Source: Batkoa obscura
Taxonomy: Eukaryota
Direction: 5' to 3'
DNA length: 64,000 bases
Assembly (NCBI GenBank): GCA_030770535.1
Contig: JASVEC010000011.1
Coordinates: forward strand, 620,001 to 684,000
Below the pieces are notes generated by a model that was given only the letters and a program-made list of their open reading frames with translations, did no database searches and was not told where the DNA came from. Position 1 is the stretch's first letter. Each line of letters starts with the position of its first letter. Positions 63,790 through 64,000 of this stretch are shown piece after piece. The position numbers and the translations under genes were made by a program.

Positions 63790-64000
63790 TTAATGAAAAG
63801 CTTGATTGAGAGGATTGGAAGGAATAGCATTTTTAGCTTTTTGGTAGCTTCTTTCAGTTTGGGATGCTTTACGTTTAAGATATTTGTCAGCTTTTTGGAC
63901 GTTTAAGTTAGCACGGATCTATAAAAATCGAGTTTAGTAAATAAAAGGAATTATTTACTTTTGGCTTACCATGTTTGGACTAATAAATTCTTTATTTTCA
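63790..64000 (-). CDS. BRX1: 3' end of Brix-domain ribosome biogenesis protein BRX1
   Basis: ENKEFISPNM|IRANLNVQKADKYLKRK...P.NPL..AFH*, with a GT-AG intron at ~63919-63969. Confidence 0.75.

Noticed and set aside
1..64000. tRNA, rRNA or snoRNA genes
   Set aside because: No cloverleaf, rRNA or convincing box C/D structure seen by eye; tRNAscan-SE/Infernal would be needed to exclude them

Overview
AT-rich eukaryotic genomic DNA with short (~45-60 nt) GT-AG introns and poly-Asn tracts. The genes are clearly fungal (Zn2Cys6 TF, CreA/Mig1, DUR3-like transporter). An early-diverging lineage such as Zoopagomycota/Entomophthoromycotina is my inference, not shown. About 22 protein genes: MMSDH, eIF5B, SSS transporter, pogo/CENP-B-derived protein, TMEM135-like, NMD3, CCDC137-like, Zn2Cys6 TF, fRMsr, F-box/LRR, NDUFS7, ThrRS, a multi-exon orphan, two C2H2 TFs, multicopper oxidase, small secreted protein, RhoGEF, p24, Myb-like protein, a membrane orphan and the BRX1 3' end. 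The main unexplained structure is a ~99-bp MITE family: 14 copies plus 1 fragment, GGGGATGT...ACATCCCC termini, and 4-bp AWWT target duplications (Sola1-like). It shows nested, tandem and repeated tail-to-tail insertions and CpG decay. Also notable: a 772-bp foldback element with 202-bp arms, a TIR element carrying telomere-like repeats, a pogo-derived gene lacking its catalytic aspartates, and a multicopper oxidase with Lys at the T1-copper axial position, paired with a secreted orphan in a gene-poor, repeat-rich block. No rRNA, tRNA or CRISPR seen.
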